A DNA stretch of 64,000 nt from an uncultured Desulfatitalea sp. (GCA_963668675.2 CAXXMB010000002.1:2944001-3008000); one strand, 5' to 3'. Counted from the stretch's first letter, positions 38,709 through 49,360 are shown. The notes: generated by a model from the sequence alone, not told the origin. Numbers and translations are program-made.

Positions 38709-39860
38709 ATGCCCCAAAAGATCTGGTCCCTGCCCTTGGCCCTATGGGCGGCACGCGATCTGATGCGCCAGCCGCTTTTTACGGCCATGCTTTTCCTCAG
38801 TTTGACGATGGTGACGATTCTTGCAGCCATTGTGCTGCTGCTGCACCAGACATTGACGACCGCATGCGTTCGGTTGCTTGACCAGGCGCCCCACGCGGTT
38901 GTTCGGCGGATCGGGGCCGGCGGATGGCTGCCGCTGCCGGCCGACGAGGCTTTGGCCCGAGCCGCCACAGTACCTGGGGTGCTTCGACCGCGGTCGAGGG
39001 TTTGGGGTGTGGTACAGGGGCCCGCCGGGCCGGTGACGCTGATCGGCGACGATGGTAGTGCGGCCATCGCATTGCCCGACGGATGGTCTCGTCCGCAGCC
39101 GGGCCAAGCCCTTGTCGGGCCGGGCGTATTGCCGCCGGCATCGGACCGGGAAGGTTTGACGCTTGTTGGTCGCCAGCCGAGGATTCTGGAAGTGATCGGA
39201 GAGATGCCCCGGGCCGCGAGCATGGCTGTCCATGACGTGGTGGTGGTCCACATCGACGAAGCCCGGGCCCTGTTGGGCCTCGATTCAGGGCAAGCCAGCG
39301 ACCTGGCCCTGGATGTGTTTCACGATGACGAAGTCCAGGCATTGCTACCCGACCTGGCAGCCGCCTTCGATTGGCCTGTGCAGATCACAACCCGTGTGGA
39401 ACAGCAGGGGCGTCATCTGGCTCACATCTCCCGTTCAACAGGCTTGGCGTGTCTGGCGATCTTACCTTTGCTGCTCTCGGTGGCAACCACGGTGGTGGCT
39501 GCCGGCATATGGGGCCGCCGCCCAAGGGAGACCGGGGTGCTCAGGGCCGTGGGCTGGACCGGTGGCGACTTGCTGCGCCTGCATCTTTACCGGGGATGCC
39601 TGGTAGGGTTTCCGGCCGCGGCTGTCGGTGTGTTGGCGGCCTATCTGCTTCTGTTCCGTCCCGGGATGACCTGGGCAGCGCGACTGCTCTTCGGATGGAG
39701 CGGTCCGGCACCGGCCCTCTATCTGACGCCCCTGGGAAGTGCCGGCGCGTGGTTGCTGGCTGTGCTTCTGGCCGGTGTTCCGTTTATGGCCGCCGTCTTC
39801 TGGACCGGATGGCGATCGGCCACAGCCGATCCGGCTGTCGGCATCGAAGGGGGGCGTTGA
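38709..39860 (+). CDS. FtsX/MacB-type ABC permease
   Basis: RETGVLRAVGW; TM pattern; DP near the C-terminus. Confidence 0.82.
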   Translation: MPQKIWSLPLALWAARDLMRQPLFTAMLFLSLTMVTILAAIVLLLHQTLTTACVRLLDQAPHAVVRRIGAGGWLPLPADEALARAATVPGVLRPRSRVWGVVQGPAGPVTLIGDDGSAAIALPDGWSRPQPGQALVGPGVLPPASDREGLTLVGRQPRILEVIGEMPRAASMAVHDVVVVHIDEARALLGLDSGQASDLALDVFHDDEVQALLPDLAAAFDWPVQITTRVEQQGRHLAHISRSTGLACLAILPLLLSVATTVVAAGIWGRRPRETGVLRAVGWTGGDLLRLHLYRGCLVGFPAAAVGVLAAYLLLFRPGMTWAARLLFGWSGPAPALYLTPLGSAGAWLLAVLLAGVPFMAAVFWTGWRSATADPAVGIEGGR

Positions 39861-40537
39861 TGCAACGATCCGGACTGCATTGCCGCCAGCTCAGCTTCGT
39901 GCGACCCGATCAGAAACGGGTGTTGGAACAAGTGGATGCGCACTTTGCACCGGGAGAGGCCACCTTGATCTCCGGTCCCACTGGTGCCGGTAAAAGCACC
40001 TTGCTTCATCTGCTGGCCGGCTTGCTGCGGCCGACCGGTGGCGAGGTGTGGGCCGATGGCGCACCCGTATCCCGCTGGCCGGCCCCCCACCGAGACCGTT
40101 GGCGACGGAAGGTGGGTATGCTTTTTCAGCACCTCAACCTGTTGCCCGACTTGACTGTCGTGGAGAACGTGGTGCTGCCCTGTATCCCCACGGCAACGTC
40201 ATATTCGGAGGTGGCCCGGCGGGCAAGGGTTCTGCTCGAACGATTGGATATCGACGCATATGATCAGGAAGCGGTGCGAACATTATCGGGCGGAGAGCAG
40301 CAGCGGGTGGCCATTGCCCGCGCCCTGATCGTCGAACCGCATTTTTTGCTGCTCGACGAACCCACCAGTTTTCAGGATGATGCTGCTACCCGGTGCCTGA
40401 TCACGTTGATCGCCGAGGCAGCCGGCGCGGGGGCGTGTGTGGTGGTCTGCACCCACGACGTGAGGATGCGCAATAGCGACCGGTCGTTTCGACACAGGTA
40501 TCGACTGAATCGAGCGAACCTGGAGCCCGATCCATGA
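39860..40537 (+). CDS. ABC ATP-binding protein (LolD/MacB-like)
   Basis: GPTGAGKST, LSGGEQQR, DEPT, THD; start overlaps the permease stop (TGATG). Confidence 0.9.
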   Translation: MQRSGLHCRQLSFVRPDQKRVLEQVDAHFAPGEATLISGPTGAGKSTLLHLLAGLLRPTGGEVWADGAPVSRWPAPHRDRWRRKVGMLFQHLNLLPDLTVVENVVLPCIPTATSYSEVARRARVLLERLDIDAYDQEAVRTLSGGEQQRVAIARALIVEPHFLLLDEPTSFQDDAATRCLITLIAEAAGAGACVVVCTHDVRMRNSDRSFRHRYRLNRANLEPDP

Positions 40538-41571
40538 TCTGGCATCCGGCGGCCATAGCCATCTGGCTCATGGAAATTACGGCCTGGCTGGTCTATCTGG
40601 GTGCCGTATGGCGCTTGCTGCGGGTGTTGTCCCTCTGGAAGCCCGGTTCGAATGAGCCCCAACAGCTATGGTGTGAGCGGGCCTTGGAGCTGACCCGTTT
40701 CCAGGGGGGGTGGACAGCGGCGTTGCTCACGGGAGCGTTCCTGGTGCTGGTGGCCGGCATCAGTAACCTCTGGCCCCGTCTGGTGCCCGGCGCCATGTGT
40801 GGCACCGGCGTACTGCAAGCTATGGGGCCGCCCGGCACGCAAACCTTGCTCTATCGCGGTTTAACCCTGATGGTGCTCTACTGCTGGTATGTGGTGGCCA
40901 GGATCGACGGCTGCCGGCCGGAAGGCGTGCTGGCGCTGCTGCAGGGACGTCTGCTTCTGATGGTCCTGCCTTTTATGGTCCTGGGTTCCTGGACCCTGTC
41001 ACAAGCCCTTTCTTCCCTGACATCCCAAGCACCGGTCAGCTGCTGCGCCGTGCTCTACGCCCAGGTCGCGGAATCGGGGTGGGGGCGCATCCTCATGGCT
41101 GATCTGGTCTCCCCCAGGCTGTGGATTGCCGTGACGCTGGCGGGCAGCACCCTGGTCGCTTTTTGGGGCGCGTTGGTGTGGCGGTTTTCGGTTGCCGGAC
41201 GGGTGTTCACCTGGATATCGGCGGGAATAGTGGCCGTTTGGCTGGCCACTGCTTTCACGGGGCTCAAGGTGGGGATTGCCCCATACATCTACGAGGTGCT
41301 CCGGCATCCTTGCCCCTGGTGTTTTTTCCTGGTTGAACACAATGCCATAGGTTTCCCCATGTACGGGGCGATGGCCGTAGTGGTGTGTGAGGCGATGGCC
41401 GGCCTGGTTGCTGCTTCGGCCGGCCGCCGGTACGACGTTCTCACTGTGCCTGCTCGCCGCAGATCTCAACAGGCCGGCCGCAATGTGTTGCTCAGTGCGG
41501 GCCTCTTTATGCTCCTCATCGCTACTCCCGTGGTGTTGTGGCGGGTGCGCTTCGGCGGCTGGATCGATTAA
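40534..41571 (+). CDS. Polytopic membrane protein with Cys motifs
   Basis: PGAMCGTG, VSCC, YE...HPCPWC. Confidence 0.75.
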   Translation: MIWHPAAIAIWLMEITAWLVYLGAVWRLLRVLSLWKPGSNEPQQLWCERALELTRFQGGWTAALLTGAFLVLVAGISNLWPRLVPGAMCGTGVLQAMGPPGTQTLLYRGLTLMVLYCWYVVARIDGCRPEGVLALLQGRLLLMVLPFMVLGSWTLSQALSSLTSQAPVSCCAVLYAQVAESGWGRILMADLVSPRLWIAVTLAGSTLVAFWGALVWRFSVAGRVFTWISAGIVAVWLATAFTGLKVGIAPYIYEVLRHPCPWCFFLVEHNAIGFPMYGAMAVVVCEAMAGLVAASAGRRYDVLTVPARRRSQQAGRNVLLSAGLFMLLIATPVVLWRVRFGGWID

Positions 41572-41577
41572 GGCGGA

Positions 41578-41739
41578 TCAGTCGTCCAGTTTTTCGAAAA
41601 ACTCCTTTTCCGCGCCGCATTTGGGGCATACCCAATCGTCAGGCAGATCCTCAAATGGCGTTCCCATCTGAATATTGTTTTCTGCATCACCCTCGGCTGG
41701 GTCGTAAACATAGCCACACGGACATTCATACCTTGCCAT
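41578..41739 (-). CDS. Rubredoxin
   Basis: [18 protein letters not shown]...[21 protein letters not shown]. Confidence 0.92.
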   Translation of the reverse strand: MARYECPCGYVYDPAEGDAENNIQMGTPFEDLPDDWVCPKCGAEKEFFEKLDD

Positions 41740-42017
41740 TTCAACTCTCCTTTTGGCGGTTTGCGTTATAATTTTCGCTTTTCTTTTACAATCATCGTGC
41801 CAAATCGTTAAGAAAGCCATTAAAAAAATAATACTATGTAATAACAGATTTTTATAGAATTTTAAGAAATTTCAGACCTGTTGTTTCGAGCTCCTATTGA
41901 GTGTAAAAAACATAATAATAATAGCATGTAAAGCAGCAATCCAGGCATACTTTGTCCGTTGTGTGTATCATTGGCTTTTGATCCATTTGTGTCTCGATTG
42001 TCTCAGGAAAAATAGTG

Positions 42018-42067
42018 TTGACAACTTTATTGAAATCAAATACTGACTGAGTACTCAGTTAGTATTT
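42018..42067 (+). promoter_or_regulatory. Promoter with a 30-bp palindromic TetR-type operator
   Basis: TTGACA 42018; AAATACTGACTGAGTACTCAGTTAGTATTT at 42038-42067. Confidence 0.75.
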
Positions 42068-42091
42068 TTGGTTTTAGGAGAATTCTCCGTC

Positions 42092-42691
42092 ATGTCGAAA
42101 AAAGATGCCATCCTGCACGCTGCCACCCATTTGTTAGCCATCAAAGGCTACAAGGATGCCTCTATGGCCGAGCTGGCAAAGATCACAGAGGTGGCCCAGG
42201 GAACTATTTTTTATCATTATAACAACAAGGAAGAGCTTTTCCTGGCCATTTTGAAAGCCTTCCAGGAGGACATCGTCGAAGAGTTTTCGCGCTTCAGACG
42301 CGAGCACAACTTCCCCAGTGGCCTTGACATGATAGAGGATGTCATTGCCTTTTACCTGCACATGGCGTCACAGATGGAAGATCGCTTCATGCTCCTGCAC
42401 CGTCATGACGCTTATGAACTGGCTCGCGTCAATCCTACCTGTCACGCCTATTTGGAGGCGATTTACAATTGCCTGATCGACATTTTTGAAAGGGCGATCT
42501 CCACGGGGCAGCAAGACGGTTCCATTCGCAACGCACCTGCTCGCCGGATGGCCATGATCGTATTTACCATGGTGGACGGACTGGTCCGCTTTCATACGCA
42601 TAACCTGTACGATGCCGGTGTCTTATACGAGGACGTGGTCCAATCGTGTCGCACCATTTTGCAAAATCATGTAGCGCCAAGTAGGAGCTGA
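42092..42691 (+). CDS. TetR/AcrR family regulator
   Basis: HTH: ASMAELA...GTIFYHY.NKEEL. Confidence 0.92.
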   Translation: MSKKDAILHAATHLLAIKGYKDASMAELAKITEVAQGTIFYHYNNKEELFLAILKAFQEDIVEEFSRFRREHNFPSGLDMIEDVIAFYLHMASQMEDRFMLLHRHDAYELARVNPTCHAYLEAIYNCLIDIFERAISTGQQDGSIRNAPARRMAMIVFTMVDGLVRFHTHNLYDAGVLYEDVVQSCRTILQNHVAPSRS

Positions 42692-42693
42692 TA

Positions 42694-44826
42694 ATGCTTG
42701 CAAAGGTTTTTCCCTTCATTCAATGGTTTAAAGGTTACAATCTCGGTCATTTTAAAACGGACGCAATTGCAGGATTGACGGTAGCGCTGGTCCTGATTCC
42801 CCAGTCGATGGCATATGCCCAACTGGCGGGCCTGCCCGCCTACTATGGCTTATACGCCTCATTTTTACCGCCTATGGTGGCCGCCCTGTTCGGATCAAGC
42901 CGGCAGTTGGCTACCGGACCGGTGGCAATCGTCTCTTTGATGACGTCGGCCTCATTGGAACCTTTGGCCACTGCCGGCAGTGAGGGGTACATCGCCTACG
43001 CCATCGTGTTGGCGATTATGGTCGGTGTGTTCCAATTGTCTTTGGGAGTGCTCAAGCTCGGTTTGGTGGTCAACTTTTTATCCCATCCCGTAGTAAACGG
43101 CTTTACCAATGCGGCGGCCATCATCATCGCATCCTCCCAGCTTTCCAAAATGTTCGGCGTCTATGTCGATAGGGCCGCCCATCACTATGAAACCATATGG
43201 CATGTATTGCAGGCCGCTGTGCACTATACCCACTGGCCAACCCTATTCATGGGTGTTTTGGCTTTCGCCATCATGTATTTTCTCAAAACACTTGCTCCCC
43301 GCGTTCCCAATGTCCTTGTGGCGGTGGTGGTGACCACGGTGATCTCATTCGCCATCGGTTTCGAGTACAATCGCCAGGTGAATCGCACCGACATTGCTTC
43401 TCCCCAGGTGCAGAGCCTGATCGATGAATTTAACGGCGCAACGACGCAGATTGCGGCATTGGCAAAACAGCGCACCGAGGTCGGTGGAGAGTTGACCAAG
43501 GCCAACGATGAGCACGATGCGGTAGGGGTTATCGATTCCCAGCACGATATCGATGTGATCAATGTCGAGATCAATCTTTTTAAAGAGAAGGCTCATCAAG
43601 CCAGGGAGCATTTGCGATATCTGATCTTTAAGGCCGTTCCCCAAGATGGGCAAGGGCTGAAATTCTATCTTGAGGAGGATCTTCCGGACGGTGCCGAAAC
43701 CGACGGTCGCCTCTGGCATATCAAAGTGGGAAATTTCGCCATCCACACGGACAGTATAACGATGATGGGCGGCGGTGCCGTCGTCGGTAACATCCCCAGG
43801 GGCGTGCCCACGCTGTCCGCGCCGACGATTGATTGGCGAGTGATCGGTCATCTCTTTCCTTTTGCAGTGATCATCTCTCTGCTCGGATTTATGGAGGCCA
43901 TCTCCATTGCCAAGGCCATGGCCGGCAAGACCGGTCAGCGGCTCGATCCCAACCAGGAACTGATCGGGCAGGGACTGGCGAACATTATGGGCGCCATGGG
44001 GAAGAGCTATCCGACCTCAGGATCATTCTCGCGGTCGGCTGTCAACCTCCAGGCCGGCGCCATATCGGGGCTTTCAAGCGTGTTTACCAGTATGACCGTC
44101 GTGATCGTCCTCCTCTTTTTTACCCCCTTGCTATACCATTTGCCCCAGTCGGTTTTGGCGGCAGTGATTATGATGGCTGTCATCGGCCTGGTGAATGTCT
44201 CCGGTTTTATTCACGCCTGGCATGCCAAGTGGTATGACGGCGCCATCTCCATCATATCGTTTCTCGCGACGTTGCTTTATGCGCCACATCTGGACAAGGG
44301 CATCATGATCGGTGTGGTGCTGTCTCTGGCCGTTTTCCTTTACAACAGCATGCGACCCAAGGTAGCCTCATTGGCGCGCGCCTCGGACGATGCATTGCGT
44401 TGCGTCAGCACCCACGGTTTGAAGGAGTGCGAGCATGTTGCCATGGTGCGCTTTGACGGGCCGCTCTTTTTTGCCAACTCCAGCTATTTAGAAGATGTCA
44501 TCATGGAAATTATGCGGGCCAAAAAAGGATTGCGGCACCTTATTCTGGTTGCCAACGGTATAAACGACATCGATGCCTCCGGTGAGGAGACATTGTCCCT
44601 GCTCATCGATCGGGTGCGCAGTGCCGGTGTGGATATCTCTTTGAGCGGCGTTAATGAATCTGTGATGAAAGTATTTCAGCGCACGCATTTGCCTGAAAAG
44701 ATTGGAGAAGATCATCTGTTTCCGACCATGGAAAAGGCCATCAGCTCTGTGCACGCCCAAGCCCATAAAAACAGCCGGGAAGCGGAATGTCCTTTGTTAA
44801 CGGTGTGTCATTTGGTCGAAAACTAA
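42694..44826 (+). CDS. sulP: SulP/SLC26 anion transporter with STAS domain
   Basis: PQSMAYA, GSSRQL, GSFSRSA, STAS (IDASG). Confidence 0.92.
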   Translation: MLAKVFPFIQWFKGYNLGHFKTDAIAGLTVALVLIPQSMAYAQLAGLPAYYGLYASFLPPMVAALFGSSRQLATGPVAIVSLMTSASLEPLATAGSEGYIAYAIVLAIMVGVFQLSLGVLKLGLVVNFLSHPVVNGFTNAAAIIIASSQLSKMFGVYVDRAAHHYETIWHVLQAAVHYTHWPTLFMGVLAFAIMYFLKTLAPRVPNVLVAVVVTTVISFAIGFEYNRQVNRTDIASPQVQSLIDEFNGATTQIAALAKQRTEVGGELTKANDEHDAVGVIDSQHDIDVINVEINLFKEKAHQAREHLRYLIFKAVPQDGQGLKFYLEEDLPDGAETDGRLWHIKVGNFAIHTDSITMMGGGAVVGNIPRGVPTLSAPTIDWRVIGHLFPFAVIISLLGFMEAISIAKAMAGKTGQRLDPNQELIGQGLANIMGAMGKSYPTSGSFSRSAVNLQAGAISGLSSVFTSMTVVIVLLFFTPLLYHLPQSVLAAVIMMAVIGLVNVSGFIHAWHAKWYDGAISIISFLATLLYAPHLDKGIMIGVVLSLAVFLYNSMRPKVASLARASDDALRCVSTHGLKECEHVAMVRFDGPLFFANSSYLEDVIMEIMRAKKGLRHLILVANGINDIDASGEETLSLLIDRVRSAGVDISLSGVNESVMKVFQRTHLPEKIGEDHLFPTMEKAISSVHAQAHKNSREAECPLLTVCHLVEN

Positions 44827-44848
44827 AGAATCTCGATGGGAGAAGAAC

Positions 44849-46081
44849 ATGTCCAATATTTCAGTATTCAGCGGGAGCTTCTGTAATAGTAAGGTTGTAT
44901 TAAACGCGATAATGGAGCAGACCGGATACCGTCTGATCACTGATTCCGATCTGATCGCGAAGGCAAGCCAGGCTTCGGGTTTGTCTACAGAGAAAATAGG
45001 AAGGGCATTCAATGCTCAACCTTCGGTGTTTAATAAATTCACCCACGAGCGGGAACGTGCCCTTGCCTACCTGCGTTTGGTGACCGCCCAGGCATTGAAC
45101 GAAGACCAGACCGTCATCAGTGGCTTTGTCAGCCATTTGATCCCACGCGAGATCAATCATGTGCTGCGCGTCTGCCTGATTGCCGATATGAAGTCTAGAT
45201 TGGCCAAGGCGATGGAGAAGTTGAAGGGGACGGAATCCGAGGCCGTCAAGGTTCTCCACAAGCAGGATGAGGATCGGTCGATGTGGGTCAAGAACCTGTT
45301 TGACCAAGCAGATCCGTGGGCGCCCGATTTATACGACATGGTGTTGCCGACGGACAAAATGGAGGCATCTGAGATTGCCCGCATGGTGGGAGAAAATGCT
45401 TCCTCAGACGTCGTTCGCAAAACCAATCGGAGTCTGGCGGCGGTCGACAATTTTCTGTTGGCTGCTGAAGTGGAGGTGACCTTGGTCAAAGAGGGGCATC
45501 AGGTCAACGCTATCGCCAAGGATGGTGTGGTGACGCTGACGATCAATAAACATGTCTTGATGCTCAACCGGCTCGAAAACGAGCTCAAATCGATTGCCGG
45601 CAAGGTCAACAATGTCAAGAGCGTGGTCACCCAAGTGGGCCCCGGCTTTTATCAGGCCGATATTTACCGCAAACAGGATTTCAACATGCCTTCCAAAATA
45701 CTTCTGGTCGATGATGAGAGGGAGTTCGTACAAACGCTTTCCGAGCGACTGTTGATGCGCGATATGGGATCGGCAGTGGCCTATGACGGTGAATCCGCTC
45801 TGGAAGTGGTCCGAGAAGACGAACCGGATGTCATGATTCTGGATCTGAAAATGCCCGGGATCGATGGTATTGAAGTGCTTCGACGCGTAAAAGAGACCCA
45901 ACCGGAAATTGAAGTCATTATTCTGACCGGGCATGGCTCAGAGGCGGACCGGGAAACATGTTTGCAATTGGGCGCTTTTGCCTATCTGCAAAAACCGGTA
46001 GATGTCGAAGAACTTAGTGCGACCATCAAAAGGGCCAATGCAAAGATTCAGCTCAGGCAGAAGAATGCAAACGAGAACTAA
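44849..46081 (+). CDS. Cytidylate-kinase-like plus receiver domain protein
   Basis: LRVCLIA, D.DR..W, YD; C-terminal REC (LVDDE, LDLKMPG, KP). Confidence 0.82.
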   Translation: MSNISVFSGSFCNSKVVLNAIMEQTGYRLITDSDLIAKASQASGLSTEKIGRAFNAQPSVFNKFTHERERALAYLRLVTAQALNEDQTVISGFVSHLIPREINHVLRVCLIADMKSRLAKAMEKLKGTESEAVKVLHKQDEDRSMWVKNLFDQADPWAPDLYDMVLPTDKMEASEIARMVGENASSDVVRKTNRSLAAVDNFLLAAEVEVTLVKEGHQVNAIAKDGVVTLTINKHVLMLNRLENELKSIAGKVNNVKSVVTQVGPGFYQADIYRKQDFNMPSKILLVDDEREFVQTLSERLLMRDMGSAVAYDGESALEVVREDEPDVMILDLKMPGIDGIEVLRRVKETQPEIEVIILTGHGSEADRETCLQLGAFAYLQKPVDVEELSATIKRANAKIQLRQKNANEN

Positions 46082-46109
46082 GACGCCGATGATTGGGCAT
46101 TAGACGACC

Positions 46110-47843
46110 ATGAATTTGTTGAAGAAACTCATACCCGATTTTTGGAATGCCCGTCCTCCGTTGCCAGGCGCATCCAAATTTTTATTCAACTACCGGCGCA
46201 TCTGGAAATGGTCGGTGCTGTTGACCGGAATTGTCTCTTTGGGGCCCCTGGTTTTTATCACCTTGGTCGACTACAAGGTGACCGAGAGGGCATTCGAGTC
46301 CGAATTTCGCCTGCGGGCCGCCAGGGTGGTTTCCAATACACAGCGGGCGATTGGATTTTTTCTCAGCGAACGTCGCTCGGCGCTTGATTTTATCGTGCGT
46401 GACAATTCGCCATATGCGCTGATCGATTCGGCCCGCATGTCTTCCATCCTGACAGGACTGCAGAAGAGTTTCGGGGGCGGATTTGTCGATATGGGTATCA
46501 TCGGGGCCAACGGCCAGCAGAAGACGTACGTGGGGGATTTCGAACTGCAATATAAAGATTACCATGAACAACCGTGGTTTCAGGAGGTCGTCGAGCGCGG
46601 TGTTTACGTCAGCGATGTGTTCTTGGGCTATCGAAAAGTGCCCCACTTGGTCATCGCTGTAAAGCAGGGCATGCCGGAAGGGTCGTTTCAAGTTCTGAGG
46701 GCGTCGGTGGGAATCGGTCCTTTTGAGGATTTGTTGGCCAATCTGGAACTGGGGGGGCTTGGCGACGCGTTTATCATCAACAGGCAGGGTATTTTACAAA
46801 CCAATTCCCGTTATCACGGGCGGGTGCTGGACCGAATCGATCTGCCCATTCCGGAATACTTCGAAACCACGCAGGTACGCGACGGCGTCAATCCCGAGGG
46901 AGAGGAACTTCTGATAAGCTATCGCTTCATCCAGGACACGCCATTTATTTTGATGATCGTAAAGAAGAAACAGGATTTAATGAGCGTATGGTACAGTACA
47001 CGCTTGGGGCTGATTCTCTTCCTGGTGGTCAGTGTCACCCTTATTACCGCGGTGATTCTGGGTACGGCAACCTACATGGTGCATCATATGTATCTTTCCG
47101 ACGAAAAGCGTCTCGTGAGTTTGCACCATGTGGAGTATGCTAATAAGATGGCTTCGATCGGACGTATGGCCGCCAGCGTTGCCCATGAGATCAATAACCC
47201 CCTGGCCATCATAAACGAAAAGGCGGGGTTGATCCAAGATCTGTTCACCATCAAACAGCGTTATTCGGCGGATGAAAAGCTGCAAGGCCTTGTGGATGCC
47301 ATTCTGGCTTCGGTCAAAAGGGCCGGCAGAATTACAAAACGCCTGCTCACGTTTGCCCGCAATCTTGAAGCCACGATTGAGAAGATCAATATCGGTGATG
47401 TCGTCTGCGAAGTGCTCAGCTTCGTTGAGAAAGAGGCTCAGATGCGCGACATCCAGATAAATGTCGATGTGTCACCTGACACAAAGATCATCCAAAGTGA
47501 TCGAGGCAAGCTTCAGCAAATCTTTCTCAATATTGTCAACAACGCCTTTGGCGCTGTTGAAGATGGTGGTCACTTGGACATCCAAATTCATCCTTTGGAC
47601 GGTGAAGGGGTGGCCATACACTTCAGCGATGATGGCTGTGGGATTCCGGAGGAGGATTTGCAGCGCGTTTTCGAGCCATTTTTTTCAACGAAAACCGGAC
47701 AGGGAGGTACTGGATTAGGGCTTTCCATCACTTACAACCTGGTGCATGAGATCGGTGGCGAGATAAAGGTAAAGAGCGAGGTGGGAAAATGCACCTGTTT
47801 TGATATCAATTTGCCGATGACCATCCCGTCCAGGAAAGGATAA
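46110..47843 (+). CDS. Sensor histidine kinase (Cache, HisKA, HATPase)
   Basis: AHEINNPL, N box, DDGCG, GTGLGL. Confidence 0.93.
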   Translation: MNLLKKLIPDFWNARPPLPGASKFLFNYRRIWKWSVLLTGIVSLGPLVFITLVDYKVTERAFESEFRLRAARVVSNTQRAIGFFLSERRSALDFIVRDNSPYALIDSARMSSILTGLQKSFGGGFVDMGIIGANGQQKTYVGDFELQYKDYHEQPWFQEVVERGVYVSDVFLGYRKVPHLVIAVKQGMPEGSFQVLRASVGIGPFEDLLANLELGGLGDAFIINRQGILQTNSRYHGRVLDRIDLPIPEYFETTQVRDGVNPEGEELLISYRFIQDTPFILMIVKKKQDLMSVWYSTRLGLILFLVVSVTLITAVILGTATYMVHHMYLSDEKRLVSLHHVEYANKMASIGRMAASVAHEINNPLAIINEKAGLIQDLFTIKQRYSADEKLQGLVDAILASVKRAGRITKRLLTFARNLEATIEKINIGDVVCEVLSFVEKEAQMRDIQINVDVSPDTKIIQSDRGKLQQIFLNIVNNAFGAVEDGGHLDIQIHPLDGEGVAIHFSDDGCGIPEEDLQRVFEPFFSTKTGQGGTGLGLSITYNLVHEIGGEIKVKSEVGKCTCFDINLPMTIPSRKG

Positions 47844-47844
47844 G

Positions 47845-48228
47845 ATGATGCGCGTACTGTTAGTGGACGATGAGGTGGATTTGGCGTCTGCCCTTGCTGA
47901 AAGGCTTGATCTGCGCGGGATAGAGGCCGACTGGGTCACGACCGCTGAGGCAGCGTTAGAAAAGGCAAGCGCTGTGGAATACGATTTGGCCGTTCTGGAC
48001 GTGAAAATGCCCAAAGTTGGCGGGTTGGAACTGAGGGAGCGCCTGCGACGCCTCTATCCACAAATGAAGTTTATCTTCCTGACCGGCTATGGATCTGAAA
48101 TAGAATTTAAAAAGGCCTCGTGTCAGAAGGGAGAATCGTGTTATCTGGTCAAGCCGGCGGATATCGGAGATCTGATTCAACAGATGAAAGATCTGCTCGC
48201 GCATGGTGATGGTGGAGGTGACCAATGA
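47845..48228 (+). CDS. Single-domain response regulator
   Basis: LVDDE, LDVKMP, TG, KP. Confidence 0.92.
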   Translation: MMRVLLVDDEVDLASALAERLDLRGIEADWVTTAEAALEKASAVEYDLAVLDVKMPKVGGLELRERLRRLYPQMKFIFLTGYGSEIEFKKASCQKGESCYLVKPADIGDLIQQMKDLLAHGDGGGDQ

Positions 48229-48872
48229 CAGCCGCAACAGAGACGGCCGGTTGGGCCGGGATGCAGTTTTTCGGCCGAACGACCGCATCCGTATCGCATG
48301 AGTTAAAGAATGCGCTGGCAATCATTAAAGAGAATGCCGGTTTGTTGAATGACTACCTGCTGATGATGGACAAGGGAATGCCGCTTGAGCCGGATCGACT
48401 CAGATTGGTTACCGGGCGGATCGATCAGCAGACCCAGCGGGCCGATGACCTGATCAGGCATCTCAATCGTTTCGGACACAGCGTGGATGACACATTCACT
48501 TCGGTGGATTTGAATGAGGTGCTGGCGTTGCTCGCGGCCTTGTCCTCGCGAGAGATATCCATGCAGCAGGCAACGTTGAACACCGAAGTCGAAGCATCCC
48601 CCGTGATGGTCAAGACCACACCTTTTTGGTTGTTAACCCTCTTGGGGCACTGTCTCTCTTTTGCCCTGCAGGTCATGGGGCCAAGTAAGGAGCTGGTCGT
48701 GCGTGTCACTAAAACTGAAGATGGAGGCCTTATTCGATTTGAACAGTTGGAGAAGATGCGGCAGCACCCTTTTCCCGGAGAGTCCGAATCCGCCCTTTTT
48801 GAAGTGCTGGGTGCGACGTATCGCATGGAACCCGAGAAAAAATGCATGGAGATCAAATTGTCTAATTGCTGA
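48225..48872 (+). CDS. HisKA protein with degenerate ATPase domain
   Basis: SHELKNAL present; no N/G1/G2 boxes. Confidence 0.75.
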   Translation: MTAATETAGWAGMQFFGRTTASVSHELKNALAIIKENAGLLNDYLLMMDKGMPLEPDRLRLVTGRIDQQTQRADDLIRHLNRFGHSVDDTFTSVDLNEVLALLAALSSREISMQQATLNTEVEASPVMVKTTPFWLLTLLGHCLSFALQVMGPSKELVVRVTKTEDGGLIRFEQLEKMRQHPFPGESESALFEVLGATYRMEPEKKCMEIKLSNC

Positions 48873-48931
48873 TACCCTATCTGCCCAGGTCAGCGGCAGG
48901 TGGGCGTCAAGCGGCCAAAAGGAGGTAGCAT

Positions 48932-49360
48932 ATGTCTGAAAAAATTTTACTCGTCGACGATGAAACTGATTTCCTGGAAGTCATGTCCGAGCGCATGGGC
49001 AACAGGGGAATGGAGGTCACCACGGCCGAGTCGGCACAGAAAGCCTTGCAGGAGGTCGAAAAAGGCGGATTCGATGCCATCGTACTTGATTTAATGATGC
49101 CTGGAATGGATGGGCTGGAGGCGTTGAAGAGGATTAAAGAGAAGAGACCTTCGCTGCAGGTGATTCTTCTTTCAGGGCAGGCAACGCTGGAAAAAGGCAT
49201 CGAAGCCATGAAGCTGGGCGCTATGGATTTTATTGAAAAGCCAGCCGATATCAACGAGCTGACCGAAAAAATAAGAAAGGCCAAGGCTCAAAAGATGGTG
49301 CTGGTTGACAAGGAGATGGAATCAAAACTTAAAAGCATTATTAATGCCAAGGGGTGGTAG
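48932..49360 (+). CDS. Single-domain response regulator
   Basis: LVDDE, LDLMMPGMDG, KP. Confidence 0.92.
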   Translation: MSEKILLVDDETDFLEVMSERMGNRGMEVTTAESAQKALQEVEKGGFDAIVLDLMMPGMDGLEALKRIKEKRPSLQVILLSGQATLEKGIEAMKLGAMDFIEKPADINELTEKIRKAKAQKMVLVDKEMESKLKSIINAKGW

